This document shows, piece by piece, positions 1-8,357 of a DNA stretch of 32,000 nucleotides. Position 1 is the stretch's first letter; every line of letters begins with the position of its first letter. The notes beneath the pieces were generated by a model. It made no database searches. It saw only the letters and a list, made by a program, of their open reading frames with translations, and was not told the origin of the DNA. This stretch comes from Longivirga aurantiaca (lineage in GTDB: Bacteria; Actinomycetota; Actinomycetes; S36-B12; CAIYMF01), in NCBI RefSeq assembly GCF_042660085.1, contig NZ_JBHSTI010000008.1, positions 2,295,604 to 2,327,603 on the forward strand, given 5' to 3'. The position numbers and the translations under genes were made by a program.

Positions 1-462
1 TACATCTGCGTCGTCGACGTGGACCCGGGCACCGGCCAGGTCAAGGTGCGCCGGTTCATCGCGGTCGACGACTGCGGCCCTCGCATCAACCCGATGATCG
101 TCGAGGGGCAGGTGCACGGCGGTCTCGCCGACGGCATCGGCATGGCCCTGATGGAGCTCATCGCGTTCGACGACGACGGCAACAACCTCGGTGGCTCGTT
201 CATGGACTACCTGCTCCCGACCGCGATGGAGTGCCCGGACTGGGAGCTCGGCGAGACCGTGACCCCGTCCCCGCACCACCCCATCGGCGCGAAGGGCGTG
301 GGCGAGTCCGCCACCGTCGGCTCGCCCGCCGCGGTCGTCAACGCCGTCATCGACGCCATCTCGCCGTTCGGCGTGCGCCACGCGGACATGCCGCTGACGC
401 CCGCGAACGTCTGGCGCGCGATCCAGGGCAGCCCTGTCCGTACCGACATGGCTGTCGACTAG
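1..462 (+). CDS. CoxL-like molybdopterin-binding large subunit of a CO-dehydrogenase/xanthine-dehydrogenase-family enzyme; C-terminal end only (5' part outside window)
   Basis: Frame 1 is open from base 1. The translation YICVVDVDPGTGQVKVRRFIAVDDCGPRINPMIVEGQVHGG...HHPIGAKGVGESATVGSPAAVVNAV is the conserved C-terminal Mo-cofactor domain of this family. It is followed by XdhC/CoxD/CoxE-type maturation genes. Confidence 0.85.
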   Translation, partial: YICVVDVDPGTGQVKVRRFIAVDDCGPRINPMIVEGQVHGGLADGIGMALMELIAFDDDGNNLGGSFMDYLLPTAMECPDWELGETVTPSPHHPIGAKGVGESATVGSPAAVVNAVIDAISPFGVRHADMPLTPANVWRAIQGSPVRTDMAVD

Positions 463-471
463 GAGCACCAC

Positions 472-1410
472 GTGATGACCACGCGGGCACTGGACGAGAG
501 GGCCGAGTCCCTGCGCGCCCACAGGGTGCCGTTCGTCCATGCCCGCGTGGTCCTCGCCGAACGACCCACCTCGGCGAAGCCCGGCGACGAGGCGGTGATC
601 ACCCCTGACGGCGTCATCGAGGGTTTCGTCGGCGGTCAGTGCGCCGAAGGGACGGTGCGCACGCAGGCCCTGTCGCTGCTGTCGTCGGGCGACTCCATGC
701 TGCTGCGCATCACGCCCAACCCCGAGGGCGAGCAGTCGGGCAAGACCGTGGTGCACAACGCCTGCCTGTCGGGAGGCACGCTCGAGATCTTCCTCGAGCC
801 CGTCCTGCCGCTGCCGCTCGTCGCCGTGCTCGGCGACAGCCCGATCGCCCGTGCGATGACCGGGGTCGCCGAGGCGCTCGGCTACGAGGTCTCGACGTAC
901 GACGACGCCGACCTCTCGGCCACCGACGCCGTGGTCGTCGCCACCCACGGCAAGCGCGAGGAGAAGACGCTGCAGGACGCCGTGCTCGCGGGCGTTCCGT
1001 ACGTCGGGCTCGTCGCGAGCCCCAAGCGCGGCGCCGCGGTCGTCGAGTCGCTCGAGCTCACCGACGAGCAGCGCGCACGCATCCACTACCCCGCCGGGCT
1101 CGACATCGGCGCGCGCACACCCCAGGAGATCGCGCTCTCGGTCTTCGCCCAGATGGTCTCCGAGCGTCCGCGCGTGCCGCGCACCGCACATGCCGGCACC
1201 CACCCGCCGGTCACGGAGCCGCCCGTGACGCGGCTCGGCGTGATCTCGCTGGAGACCGAGACCGCGATCGACCCGGTCTGCGACATGACGGTGACGATCT
1301 CGCCGGACGCCCTGCACGCCGATCTCCCGGACGGCGAGCGCGTGTGGTTCTGCTGCCCCGGGTGCCGTCGCGAGTTCCTGAAGCACCCCGAGAAGTACCC
1401 TCGATCGTGA
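472..1410 (+). CDS. XdhC/CoxI-family Mo-enzyme maturation factor fused to a C-terminal YHS/TRASH-type metal-binding domain
   Basis: N-terminal region FVHARVVLAERPTSAKPGDEAVITPDGVIEGFVGGQCAEGTV plus a Rossmann-like LVAVLGDSPIARAM segment (XdhC pattern). The C-terminal DPVCDMTV...WFCCPGCRREFLKHPEKY is the YHS Cys motif. GTG/ATG start at 472/475. Confidence 0.85.
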   Translation: MMTTRALDERAESLRAHRVPFVHARVVLAERPTSAKPGDEAVITPDGVIEGFVGGQCAEGTVRTQALSLLSSGDSMLLRITPNPEGEQSGKTVVHNACLSGGTLEIFLEPVLPLPLVAVLGDSPIARAMTGVAEALGYEVSTYDDADLSATDAVVVATHGKREEKTLQDAVLAGVPYVGLVASPKRGAAVVESLELTDEQRARIHYPAGLDIGARTPQEIALSVFAQMVSERPRVPRTAHAGTHPPVTEPPVTRLGVISLETETAIDPVCDMTVTISPDALHADLPDGERVWFCCPGCRREFLKHPEKYPRS

Positions 1411-2342
1411 CCGTCGACGACCTCGTCCCCGACATCGGGACGCTGACCGCGCGCCTCGCCGACGCGGGCTACCTCTCCGACCCCAGCCTCGCGGCCGCGC
1501 TCTTCTGCGCCGTACGGCTCCCCCAGCCGCTGCTGCTCGAGGGCGAGGCCGGCGTCGGCAAGACCCAGGCTGCGAAGTCGCTCGCCGAGCTGCTCGACAC
1601 CCCGCTGCTGCGGCTGCAGTGCTTCGAGGGCATCGATGCCGCCGAGGCGCTCTACGAGTGGAACTACCCGCGGCAGCTCCTCGGCATCCGCCTCGCGGAG
1701 GCGCAGGGCGCGGACCTCGTCGAGGAGACGCTGTTCGGCGAGAAGTACCTCGTCCGCCGTCCCCTCATGCAGGCGCTCGAGCACCCCGGTCCCCGTCCGG
1801 CCGTCCTGCTGATCGACGAGGTCGACCGCGCCGACGAGGAGTTCGAGGCGTTCCTGTTCGAGCTGCTCGCGGAGTCGACCGTGACGATCCCCGAGCTCGG
1901 CACGATCCGCGCGACCCATCCGCCGATCGTGATCCTCACCTCGAACCGCACCCGCGACCTGCACGACGCCCTCAAGCGCCGCTGCCTGTACCACTGGATC
2001 GAGTACCCCCCGCTGGCGCAGGCGATCGCCATCGTGCGGGCGCGGGTGCCGGAGGCCAGCGAGATGCTCGCGACGCAGGTGGCCGGTGCGGTCCAGCGGC
2101 TGAGGAGCCTGGACGTGCAGAAGCCGCCAGGCGTCGCCGAGGCGATCGACTGGGTCCACGCCGCCCAGCTGCTCGGCATCGAGGAGCTGGACGAGGCGGC
2201 CGTGGAGCTCACGCTCGGCTCGGTGCTCAAGTACCGCGAGGACCACGACGTCGCCCGCGCGGCGAGCCTGCGCTGGATAGCCGACCCGGTGCGCGCGGCG
2301 AAGCAGTCGGTCGACGACCTGCGCGCCGCCGCGGAGGGGTGA
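1407..2342 (+). CDS. coxD: MoxR-type AAA+ ATPase, CoxD-like
   Basis: Walker A is GEAGVGKT and Walker B is LLIDEVDRADEE. The GTG start at 1407 overlaps the upstream TGA (GTGA). The 639-1406 part of the track ORF is a shadow extension over the XdhC gene. Confidence 0.85.
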   Translation: MTVDDLVPDIGTLTARLADAGYLSDPSLAAALFCAVRLPQPLLLEGEAGVGKTQAAKSLAELLDTPLLRLQCFEGIDAAEALYEWNYPRQLLGIRLAEAQGADLVEETLFGEKYLVRRPLMQALEHPGPRPAVLLIDEVDRADEEFEAFLFELLAESTVTIPELGTIRATHPPIVILTSNRTRDLHDALKRRCLYHWIEYPPLAQAIAIVRARVPEASEMLATQVAGAVQRLRSLDVQKPPGVAEAIDWVHAAQLLGIEELDEAAVELTLGSVLKYREDHDVARAASLRWIADPVRAAKQSVDDLRAAAEG

Positions 2343-2343
2343 G

Positions 2344-3666
2344 ATGGCCACGGCCGACCTCCCCGCGGTGATCGCGGCCTTCGGCCACCTGCTCCACCAG
2401 GCGGGCGTGCCCGTCACCCCCGAGCGCAGCGCCCGCTTCACCCGTGCCGTGCTGCTCGCCGACCCCGCTACCGTCAAGGAGCTGTCGGCCCTGGGCAAGG
2501 CGACCCTGCTGTCGCACCACGACCAGGAGGAGGTCTTCGACCGCGTCTTCGGACAGGTCTTCCGCGGCCTCGTCGACTTCGCCGAGTTCCGCGGCGACTC
2601 CGCTCCCCCCACGCCGGTGTCGACGCTGCCGAAGGACGACGCCCCGAAGTCCGACTCGTCCCGCGAGGGCGAGGGCGAAGGGAGCCCGACCGGCTCGGAA
2701 GGCCTCCCGGGCGAGGGCGAGGCGCAGCCCGAGGACGACGAGCCCAGCCTCCTGGCCGCCGTCAGCAGCGAAGAACGCCTGGGCGCCAAGAACTTCGCCG
2801 AGTGCACCGACGACGAGCTCGCGCTGCTGCAGGCACTGGTCTCGCAGCTGCCGCTGCTCCCCCCGATGCGGCGCGCGCGCCGACAGCGCCGGCACGCGGC
2901 CGGCGACCGCCTCGACGTGCGCGCCACGCTGCGCGCGTCGCACAAGACCTCCGGCGACCCGGTACGCCGGGTGCACAAGCGGGCGACGCAGCGCGCCCGC
3001 CGGGTGGTGCTGATCGCCGACGTGTCGGGATCGATGGAGCCGTACGCCCGCGTCTACCTGCACCTGATGCGCGGCGCGGTCCAGGCGCTCGGCTCCGAGG
3101 CGTTCGTCTTCGCGACCCGGCTCACACGGCTCACCCGCGTGCTGCACCACACGAATCCCGACGTCGCCTACCGGCGGGCGGCGGCCGCGGCGCCCGACTG
3201 GTCGGGCGGGACCCGCATCGGCAACGCGCTCAAGGCGTTCATCGACGAGCACGGCCGACGCGGCATCGCCCGCGGGTCCGTCGTCGTCATCGTGTCGGAC
3301 GGGTGGGAGCTCGGCGACCCCGAGCTCGTCGGCCGGATGATGGAGCAGCTCTCGCGCCTGGCGTTCCACATCATCTGGGTCAACCCGCGCAAGGCCGCGG
3401 CCGGCTACAAGCCGCTCGTCGGCGGCATGGCCGCGGCACTGCCGCACGTCGACACATTCGTCAGCGGACACTCGCTGCGGGCCCTCGAGGACGTGCTCAC
3501 GGCCATCCGCGACGCCGCCGTCGTGGGTCGGCGAGTGCACCGCGTGCGGCCGCTGCCGGTCGCGGCCGACGTCGAGCCCGAGGCCGCGCCGCCTGCATCG
3601 CCCACCCCGGGCGTCGACCGATTCCCCACCGGCCGCCTCGTCTCCGGGGCCGTGAACGGCTCCTAG
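2344..3666 (+). CDS. coxE: VWA-domain protein, CoxE-like
   Basis: MIDAS-type motif VVLIADVSGSM, then GGTRIG and VVVIVSDGWE, the VWA_CoxE pattern. It starts 2 nt after the coxD-like stop. It has an acidic Gly/Glu-rich linker at about residues 96-135. Confidence 0.85.
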   Translation: MATADLPAVIAAFGHLLHQAGVPVTPERSARFTRAVLLADPATVKELSALGKATLLSHHDQEEVFDRVFGQVFRGLVDFAEFRGDSAPPTPVSTLPKDDAPKSDSSREGEGEGSPTGSEGLPGEGEAQPEDDEPSLLAAVSSEERLGAKNFAECTDDELALLQALVSQLPLLPPMRRARRQRRHAAGDRLDVRATLRASHKTSGDPVRRVHKRATQRARRVVLIADVSGSMEPYARVYLHLMRGAVQALGSEAFVFATRLTRLTRVLHHTNPDVAYRRAAAAAPDWSGGTRIGNALKAFIDEHGRRGIARGSVVVIVSDGWELGDPELVGRMMEQLSRLAFHIIWVNPRKAAAGYKPLVGGMAAALPHVDTFVSGHSLRALEDVLTAIRDAAVVGRRVHRVRPLPVAADVEPEAAPPASPTPGVDRFPTGRLVSGAVNGS

Positions 3667-3669
3667 CGA

Positions 3670-4701
3670 TCACACGCTGACGGTGGCGCGGACGTCGGCG
3701 GCGAAGGCGTCGACGTCCGCCTCGGTGGTCGACCACGCGGTCATCCAGCGCACCTGGTCGGCGTTCTCGTCCCAGACGTAGAACGTGTGCCGCGACTGCA
3801 GCGACTCGATGTGCTCCCGGGCGAGCACGGCGAACACGGCGTTCACCTGGACGGGGTGGCTGATCCGTACGCCGTCGAGGCCGTCCAGCGCCGCGGAGAG
3901 TCGGGTGGCCATCGCGTTGGCGTGGGTCGCGTTGCGCAGCCAGAGGTCGCCCTCGAGCAGCGCGACCAGCTGGGCGGAGACGAAGCGCATCTTCGACGCG
4001 AGCTGCATCGACTGCTTGCGCAGGAACGGCAGCACGTCCGCGAGACCGGGCTTCAGGACGACGACGGCCTCGGCGCCCAGGGCGCCGTTCTTCGTCGCGC
4101 CGAACGACAGCACGTCGATGTCGGCGTCACCGGCGAGGTCGCCCAGGGACACGCCGAGCGACGCAGCGGCGTTGGCGAACCTCGCGCCGTCGACGTGCAC
4201 GAGGAGCCCGCGCCCGTGCGCCCAGTCGGCCAGCGCGCGGAGCTCGGCGACGGTGTAGACGGTGCCGAGCTCGGTCGACTCGGTGAGCGAGACGACCCTG
4301 GCCTGCACGTGGTGCTGGTCGCCGATCCCCCACACCGCGCGGTCGACGGCTTCGACCGTGAGCTTGCCCGCCACCGACGGCACGTCGATCAGCTTGGAGC
4401 CGAGCAGCTTCTCCGGGGCGCCGCACTCGTCGACGTTGATGTGCGCGCCCTCGGAGCAGACGACGGCCTCGAACGAGCGCGTCATCGCCTGCAGGCTCAC
4501 GACGTTCGCGCCGGTGCCGTTGAACACCGGGAACATCTGCGCCTGCTCGCCGAAGTGCCTGCGGAACAGCCGCTCGGCCTCATGCGTCACCGGGTCGTCG
4601 CCGTACCCCGGCACCCAGCCGGTGTTGGCCTCGGTGATGGCTGCCAGCACGTCGGGGTGCGCGCCTGCGTGGTTGTCGCTGCCGAAGCTCGCGCCGGTCA
4701 T
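3670..4701 (-). CDS. ltaE: Low-specificity L-threonine aldolase (PLP-dependent, beta-eliminating lyase fold)
   Basis: FGSDNHAGAHPDVLAAI...FNGTGANV...SFGATKNG (PLP-lysine context). ATG at 4701 is preceded by GGAGGAGG. The track ORF starts 8 codons earlier. Confidence 0.8.
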   Translation of the reverse strand: MTGASFGSDNHAGAHPDVLAAITEANTGWVPGYGDDPVTHEAERLFRRHFGEQAQMFPVFNGTGANVVSLQAMTRSFEAVVCSEGAHINVDECGAPEKLLGSKLIDVPSVAGKLTVEAVDRAVWGIGDQHHVQARVVSLTESTELGTVYTVAELRALADWAHGRGLLVHVDGARFANAAASLGVSLGDLAGDADIDVLSFGATKNGALGAEAVVVLKPGLADVLPFLRKQSMQLASKMRFVSAQLVALLEGDLWLRNATHANAMATRLSAALDGLDGVRISHPVQVNAVFAVLAREHIESLQSRHTFYVWDENADQVRWMTAWSTTEADVDAFAADVRATVSV

Positions 4702-4764
4702 GGTCCTCCTCCAGGTCCGGCACATCCTCCCGCGCGGCGCGAGGGTGCGGCGACCCGGGTGCGG

Positions 4765-6975
4765 CTAGGAGAGGGTGACGACGCCGTCGAAGCCCATGCG
4801 CCCGTATGTGCCGCCGGACGCGTTCATCACGGTCACGCGGTGCAGGCCCGGCGAGCCGAAGTTCACCACGTACGCCATCCGCGTGGCCGTGCCGCTGCCC
4901 TTCATGTTCACGCCGCCGACCTTGACGCCGTCGACGTACACAGCCACCCAGCCGTTGCGACCCCCGCGCTGCAGCAGGATGCCGACGCTGCTGCCGCGCA
5001 CCAGGGCGGTCGCGAAGGCGCCCTTCCGGGTGGTCTTGTGGATCGCCTTGCCCAGCGAGCTGCTCGGGAACGACATCGTCCACGAGCCGCCGTACTTCAT
5101 CGTCGGGTTCGAGGCGTCGCTGCGGTAGGTCGCGGTCGTCGCGCCACGAGCGCTCACCACCGTGCCGTCGAGCGCCGTCGCCGTCGCGGTGAAGACCCGC
5201 ACGGAGCCGGTGCGGCTCGCGAGCCCGGTCTTCTGCGACCATTTGACCGCGACGCTCGCCGCGGCAGCCGGATCGGTCGCAGGCGTCGTGACCTTCCAGC
5301 TCCAGCGCATCGGGACGACAGGCCCGTACGGCGAGACGGTCACGCCGCCGGCACGCAGCCAGGGCTGCGGCACGGTCAGCTCGGGCCGGGGCGGCGGCAC
5401 GTAGCGCGGGTCGGAGTCCGCGAGGCCGTTGCGGTACTCGACCACGGCGCCGTCGGCATCCTGCGACACGACGCGCACACCGAGGTAGCCGTCGGCGAGG
5501 TCGATCCACACGCCCACGGGCAGCGCGGCGTCGAGCTGGCCGAACGAGGAGTCGGGGGTGGCGGGCCTGCCGTCGAGCAGGAAGGACTCGCGGTCGGAGA
5601 ACGTCGAACCCGAGGGCAGCGACGCCGGGTCGAACTCCTTGCGCACGGTGACGCCGAGCGATCCCCAGCCGGGCAGGCCCGTCATCCACGCGTCGCGGCC
5701 GACGGCGGCGCGGTACTCCAGCACGTAGCGGGAGCCGCCGCGCGTCAGCGTGAGCGCCCGCGTCCCCGTGCCCAGAGCGATGGGCGCGAGCGTCACCTGG
5801 CCGTCGTCCGACGGCTCGGGGTTCGAGGCGGCGTCGAGGATGCCGAGGTCGCGCAGGTGCGAGGCGTTGAGGTGCCCCTGGTTCTGCCACGACACGGCCA
5901 TGATGTCGTTGGTGTCGCTGTACGACCGCTCGGTGCACGCAGACGCCAAGGCGTCGAGGACGCGGACCCCGCCGTCGCTGCAGTCGAGCAGCTGCGAGTG
6001 GCCGAGGCCCAGGTTGTGGCCGAGCTCGTGCCCGATCACGCCGGTGGTGTTGTAGCCGTTGGACCACACCAGGCCGCCGCTGGTGCTGTCGCCGCCGATC
6101 GTGCCGAGGCCCGCGATGCCGCCACAGGCGGGCAGGGCCTTGAAGTACACGAGCAGGTGCTTGCCCGCGCCCTCGGTGAAGCCGGTCTTGGCCTTCACCT
6201 CGTTCCAGAAGGTGAACGACGTGCCCACGCTGCCGCTCGAGCACGGGGTCGTGGTGGTCGTGACGACGCTGGGGTACGCCGTCGCCACGAAGCCGACTGC
6301 CCCGTCCGTCACGTCTGACCAGTAGGCGTCGACCGAGCCGTTGACGGTGGCGGCGACGTCCGCAGCGCTCACCGACGAGGCTGATCCGCCGGACGGCGTC
6401 GCGACGACGACCAGCACCTGGTGCGGCGAGTCCGCCGCCGAGGTGGCGGCTGCGGCGACGGCGACACCTGCCCCGGTGTCGGTCACGTTCGCCGCGGGCT
6501 CGGCGAGCACCTGGACGGCGGTCACGTCGGCCCCGGCCTCGGCGTCGGCCGACTCCGCGGTGACGACGGCGTCGTCCGGTGCCACGGCGTCGACGCCGTT
6601 CTCGGAGACCTCGACCGTCGGGGAGTCGGCAAGACCCACGCGGACCGTGGCGCCGTCCTCGACATGCTCGAGCGCGGACGCGGGCACCTGCACCGCGCCC
6701 TCGGCCGTGTTCACGAAGGTGACGGCATCGGCGTGGGCTTCCGGCGCCTCGAACGCATCGATCTCGAACCGCTCGACCGTGCCGACCACGACCAGCTCCG
6801 CGCCCGGAGTCCCCCCGGCCAGCGCGTCGGCCGGCGGCAGGGCCAGCGAGAGGGTCGCCGCCACGGCGACGGCCGTGAGGACCGCTCTGCGCGCGCCACG
6901 GCGTCCGGGCATGGCTCGGCCCGGAGCCGCGACGAGCCAGGGACGCACTGCCATACCCATGTCTTCGCCCGACAT
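4765..6975 (-). CDS. Secreted multidomain zinc metalloprotease, metzincin type (copy 1); family not assigned
   Basis: HELGHNLGLGH (HEXXHXXGXXH) is encoded at 5998-6030 and a Met-turn candidate is DTNDIMAVSW. Signal-like N-terminus is MPGRRGARRAVLTAVAVAATLSLALPPADALA. The C-terminal domain looks like a beta-sandwich. The start is uncertain (ATGs at 6975, 6954, 6912). The track ORF beyond about 6975 is antisense to orn. Confidence 0.75.
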   Translation of the reverse strand: MSGEDMGMAVRPWLVAAPGRAMPGRRGARRAVLTAVAVAATLSLALPPADALAGGTPGAELVVVGTVERFEIDAFEAPEAHADAVTFVNTAEGAVQVPASALEHVEDGATVRVGLADSPTVEVSENGVDAVAPDDAVVTAESADAEAGADVTAVQVLAEPAANVTDTGAGVAVAAAATSAADSPHQVLVVVATPSGGSASSVSAADVAATVNGSVDAYWSDVTDGAVGFVATAYPSVVTTTTTPCSSGSVGTSFTFWNEVKAKTGFTEGAGKHLLVYFKALPACGGIAGLGTIGGDSTSGGLVWSNGYNTTGVIGHELGHNLGLGHSQLLDCSDGGVRVLDALASACTERSYSDTNDIMAVSWQNQGHLNASHLRDLGILDAASNPEPSDDGQVTLAPIALGTGTRALTLTRGGSRYVLEYRAAVGRDAWMTGLPGWGSLGVTVRKEFDPASLPSGSTFSDRESFLLDGRPATPDSSFGQLDAALPVGVWIDLADGYLGVRVVSQDADGAVVEYRNGLADSDPRYVPPPRPELTVPQPWLRAGGVTVSPYGPVVPMRWSWKVTTPATDPAAAASVAVKWSQKTGLASRTGSVRVFTATATALDGTVVSARGATTATYRSDASNPTMKYGGSWTMSFPSSSLGKAIHKTTRKGAFATALVRGSSVGILLQRGGRNGWVAVYVDGVKVGGVNMKGSGTATRMAYVVNFGSPGLHRVTVMNASGGTYGRMGFDGVVTLS

Positions 6976-7035
6976 GGGCCCCGCCTCGTTGCTCCGAACG
7001 GGTGATCGCCCGGACGGAGTCATAGGGTTGGCGCC

Positions 7036-7695
7036 ATGGCGAGCTCCGAGAACGGCCGCGGCCTCGACCGCATCGTGTGGGTCGACTGCGAGATGACCGG
7101 TCTCGACCTGGGCTCCGACGCCCTCGTCGAGGTGGCCTGCGTCGTCACCGACGGCGAGCTCACCGAGCTCGACGCCGGCGTCGCCGTGGTCATCCGCCCG
7201 CCGGACGAGCCCTTCGCGAACATGCCCGACGTCGTCCGCGAGATGCACACGGCGTCCGGCCTCATCACCGAGATCCCCGAGGGCACGACGCTCGCCGCCG
7301 CCGAGGCCCTCGTGCTCGACTACATCAAGAGCCACGTGCCCGAGGCCCGCAAGGCCCCGCTCGCGGGCTCGAGCGTGTACGTCGACCGCGGCTTCCTCGC
7401 CCGCGACATGCCCGAGCTCGACGCGTGGCTGCACTACCGCCTCGTCGACGTCTCCTCGATCAAGGAGCTCGTCCGCCGCTGGTACCCCCGCGTCTACTTC
7501 AGCGCCCCGGCCAAGCGCGGAAACCACCGTGCCCTGGCGGACGCCCGCGAGTCGATCGCCGAGCTGCGCTACTACCGCGAGACCGTGCTCGTACCCCAGC
7601 CGGGCCCGGACACCAACGGGGCCCGGGAGGTCGCGAGCCGCCACCTGCTCGAGCCGTTCGTGCCCGCCGAGGCCTCCGAGGGCCCGCCGGCCTGA
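7036..7695 (+). CDS. orn: Oligoribonuclease (DEDDh 3'-5' exonuclease)
   Basis: [13 protein letters not shown] (Exo I), [10 protein letters not shown], and [17 protein letters not shown] (Exo III with His). Confidence 0.9.
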   Translation: MASSENGRGLDRIVWVDCEMTGLDLGSDALVEVACVVTDGELTELDAGVAVVIRPPDEPFANMPDVVREMHTASGLITEIPEGTTLAAAEALVLDYIKSHVPEARKAPLAGSSVYVDRGFLARDMPELDAWLHYRLVDVSSIKELVRRWYPRVYFSAPAKRGNHRALADARESIAELRYYRETVLVPQPGPDTNGAREVASRHLLEPFVPAEASEGPPA

Positions 7696-7828
7696 CGCCC
7701 GTACCTGGCCGCCGGGCCTGCCTCACGGTCGGTGTCGACGACCGCCCGTTCGGAGCACGGCCTCCGGGCCGGTATGCTTCCTACCCGGCCCCGCCGCCCG
7801 GTCCTGCACCGGGTACGCGACGGCTGAT

Positions 7829-7905
7829 GGTGGGTGTAGCTCAGCTGGTAGAGCACCTGGTTGTGGTCCAGGTGGCCGCGGGTTCAAGTCCCGTCACTCA
7901 CCCCA
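7829..7905 (+). tRNA. tRNA-His (anticodon GTG) with encoded G-1 and 3' CCA
   Basis: Hand-folded cloverleaf. G-1 plus acceptor GTGGGTG/CACTCAC, D arm GCTC-AGCTGGTA-GAGC, anticodon arm CCTGG-TTGTGGT-CCAGG, T arm GCGGG-TTCAAGT-CCCGT, discriminator C, then CCA. Confidence 0.92.
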
Positions 7906-7916
7906 CACAGCACGCA

Positions 7917-7943
7917 GCGGGCCCCAGTTCTTCCGGGGCCCGC
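7917..7943 (+). terminator. Stem-loop immediately downstream of tRNA-His
   Basis: GCGGGCCCC (7917-7925) pairs perfectly with GGGGCCCGC (7935-7943), followed by TTCGTGCTG. Confidence 0.55.
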
Positions 7944-8084
7944 TTCGTGCTGTCAGGCGTGAGTCCCTCTCCGTCGAGTGCGGGAGCGCAGCGAGGCGGT
8001 CGACGGACCCGTCACTCACGCCCAGGAACAGTGGACGGCGGCTCACCGAGCCACGCGACGAACGCGCCACCAACCCGCCGAAGC

Positions 8085-8108
8085 GAGCCCGAGCGCGAGC
8101 CCGAGCGC
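8085..8108. repeat. 12-nt tandem repeat GAGCCCGAGCGC x2
   Basis: Units at 8085-8096 and 8097-8108 are identical. The repeat lies in non-coding DNA between tRNA-His and the second protease gene. Confidence 0.6.
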
Positions 8109-8116
8109 GGGCCCGA

Positions 8117-8170
8117 CCGATTCGGTAGTGCGAAATCGGCGCAGAGCGCGAGTTTCCACTACCGAATCGG
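8117..8170 (-). terminator. Long hairpin with a 14-bp perfect stem; probable terminator for the minus-strand genes upstream of it
   Basis: CCGATTCGGTAGTG (8117-8130) is the exact reverse complement of CACTACCGAATCGG (8157-8170). The spacer holds further pairing (GAAA/TTTC, GCGC-AGA-GCGC). It starts 2 nt after the stop of the orphan fragment at 8172-8174. Confidence 0.45.
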
Positions 8171-8171
8171 C

Positions 8172-8357
8172 TCAGGTGAGGCGGCCGCCGACGAGATGCA
8201 GGACGACGTCGGCGGCGTCCGGACGCTCGCGAGCCGCGGGAGGAGCGTGTCCCTGCCGGAGCAGGACCCCTCCGGGGAGCACGACCAGATCACCGCCCTC
8301 GGCCGCAGGGATGGCGTCGTCGAGCCCAGGGGGCGGGCCGACCAGGTGGGCTGAGGG
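8172..8357 (-). pseudogene. Orphan C-terminal fragment resembling the end of an alpha/beta-hydrolase; no start codon
   Basis: Hand translation of the minus strand gives PSAHLVGPPPGLDDAIPAAEGGDLVVLPGGVLLRQGHAPPAARERPDAADVVLHLVGGRLT*. It resembles the ...AIPGA.LVVLPG.GH....E.P......L..FL tail of alpha/beta hydrolases. There is no ATG, only one internal GTG. Confidence 0.3.

Noticed and set aside
639-1406. 5' extensions of several track ORFs: 639-1406 before coxD, 15172-15858 before DUF1761, 15965-16531 before the permease, 22626-23432 before the secreted protein, 19202-19777, 19912-20580 and 20445-21191 before the pxp genes
   Set aside because: Each extension overlaps a better-supported upstream gene in another frame. 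In each case an internal start with an RBS or a start/stop overlap gives a protein of normal family length.
1086-2978. 630-aa ORF on the minus strand
   Set aside because: It is antisense to the well-supported XdhC-YHS, coxD-like and coxE-like genes. The translation is Arg/Ser/Ala-rich and low in complexity, with no motifs. This is the shadow ORF expected in very GC-rich DNA.
3787-6318. 843-aa ORF on the plus strand
   Set aside because: It is antisense to ltaE and protease copy 1. The translation is Arg/Gly/Ala/His-rich with no recognisable domain. The real genes on the opposite strand carry clear catalytic motifs.
6976-7644. N-terminal ~220 codons of the 959-aa minus-strand ORF 4765-7644
   Set aside because: This part is antisense to orn and has no protease-like or signal sequence. 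The signal peptide starts near 6912-6975 and the paralogue has no equivalent extension.
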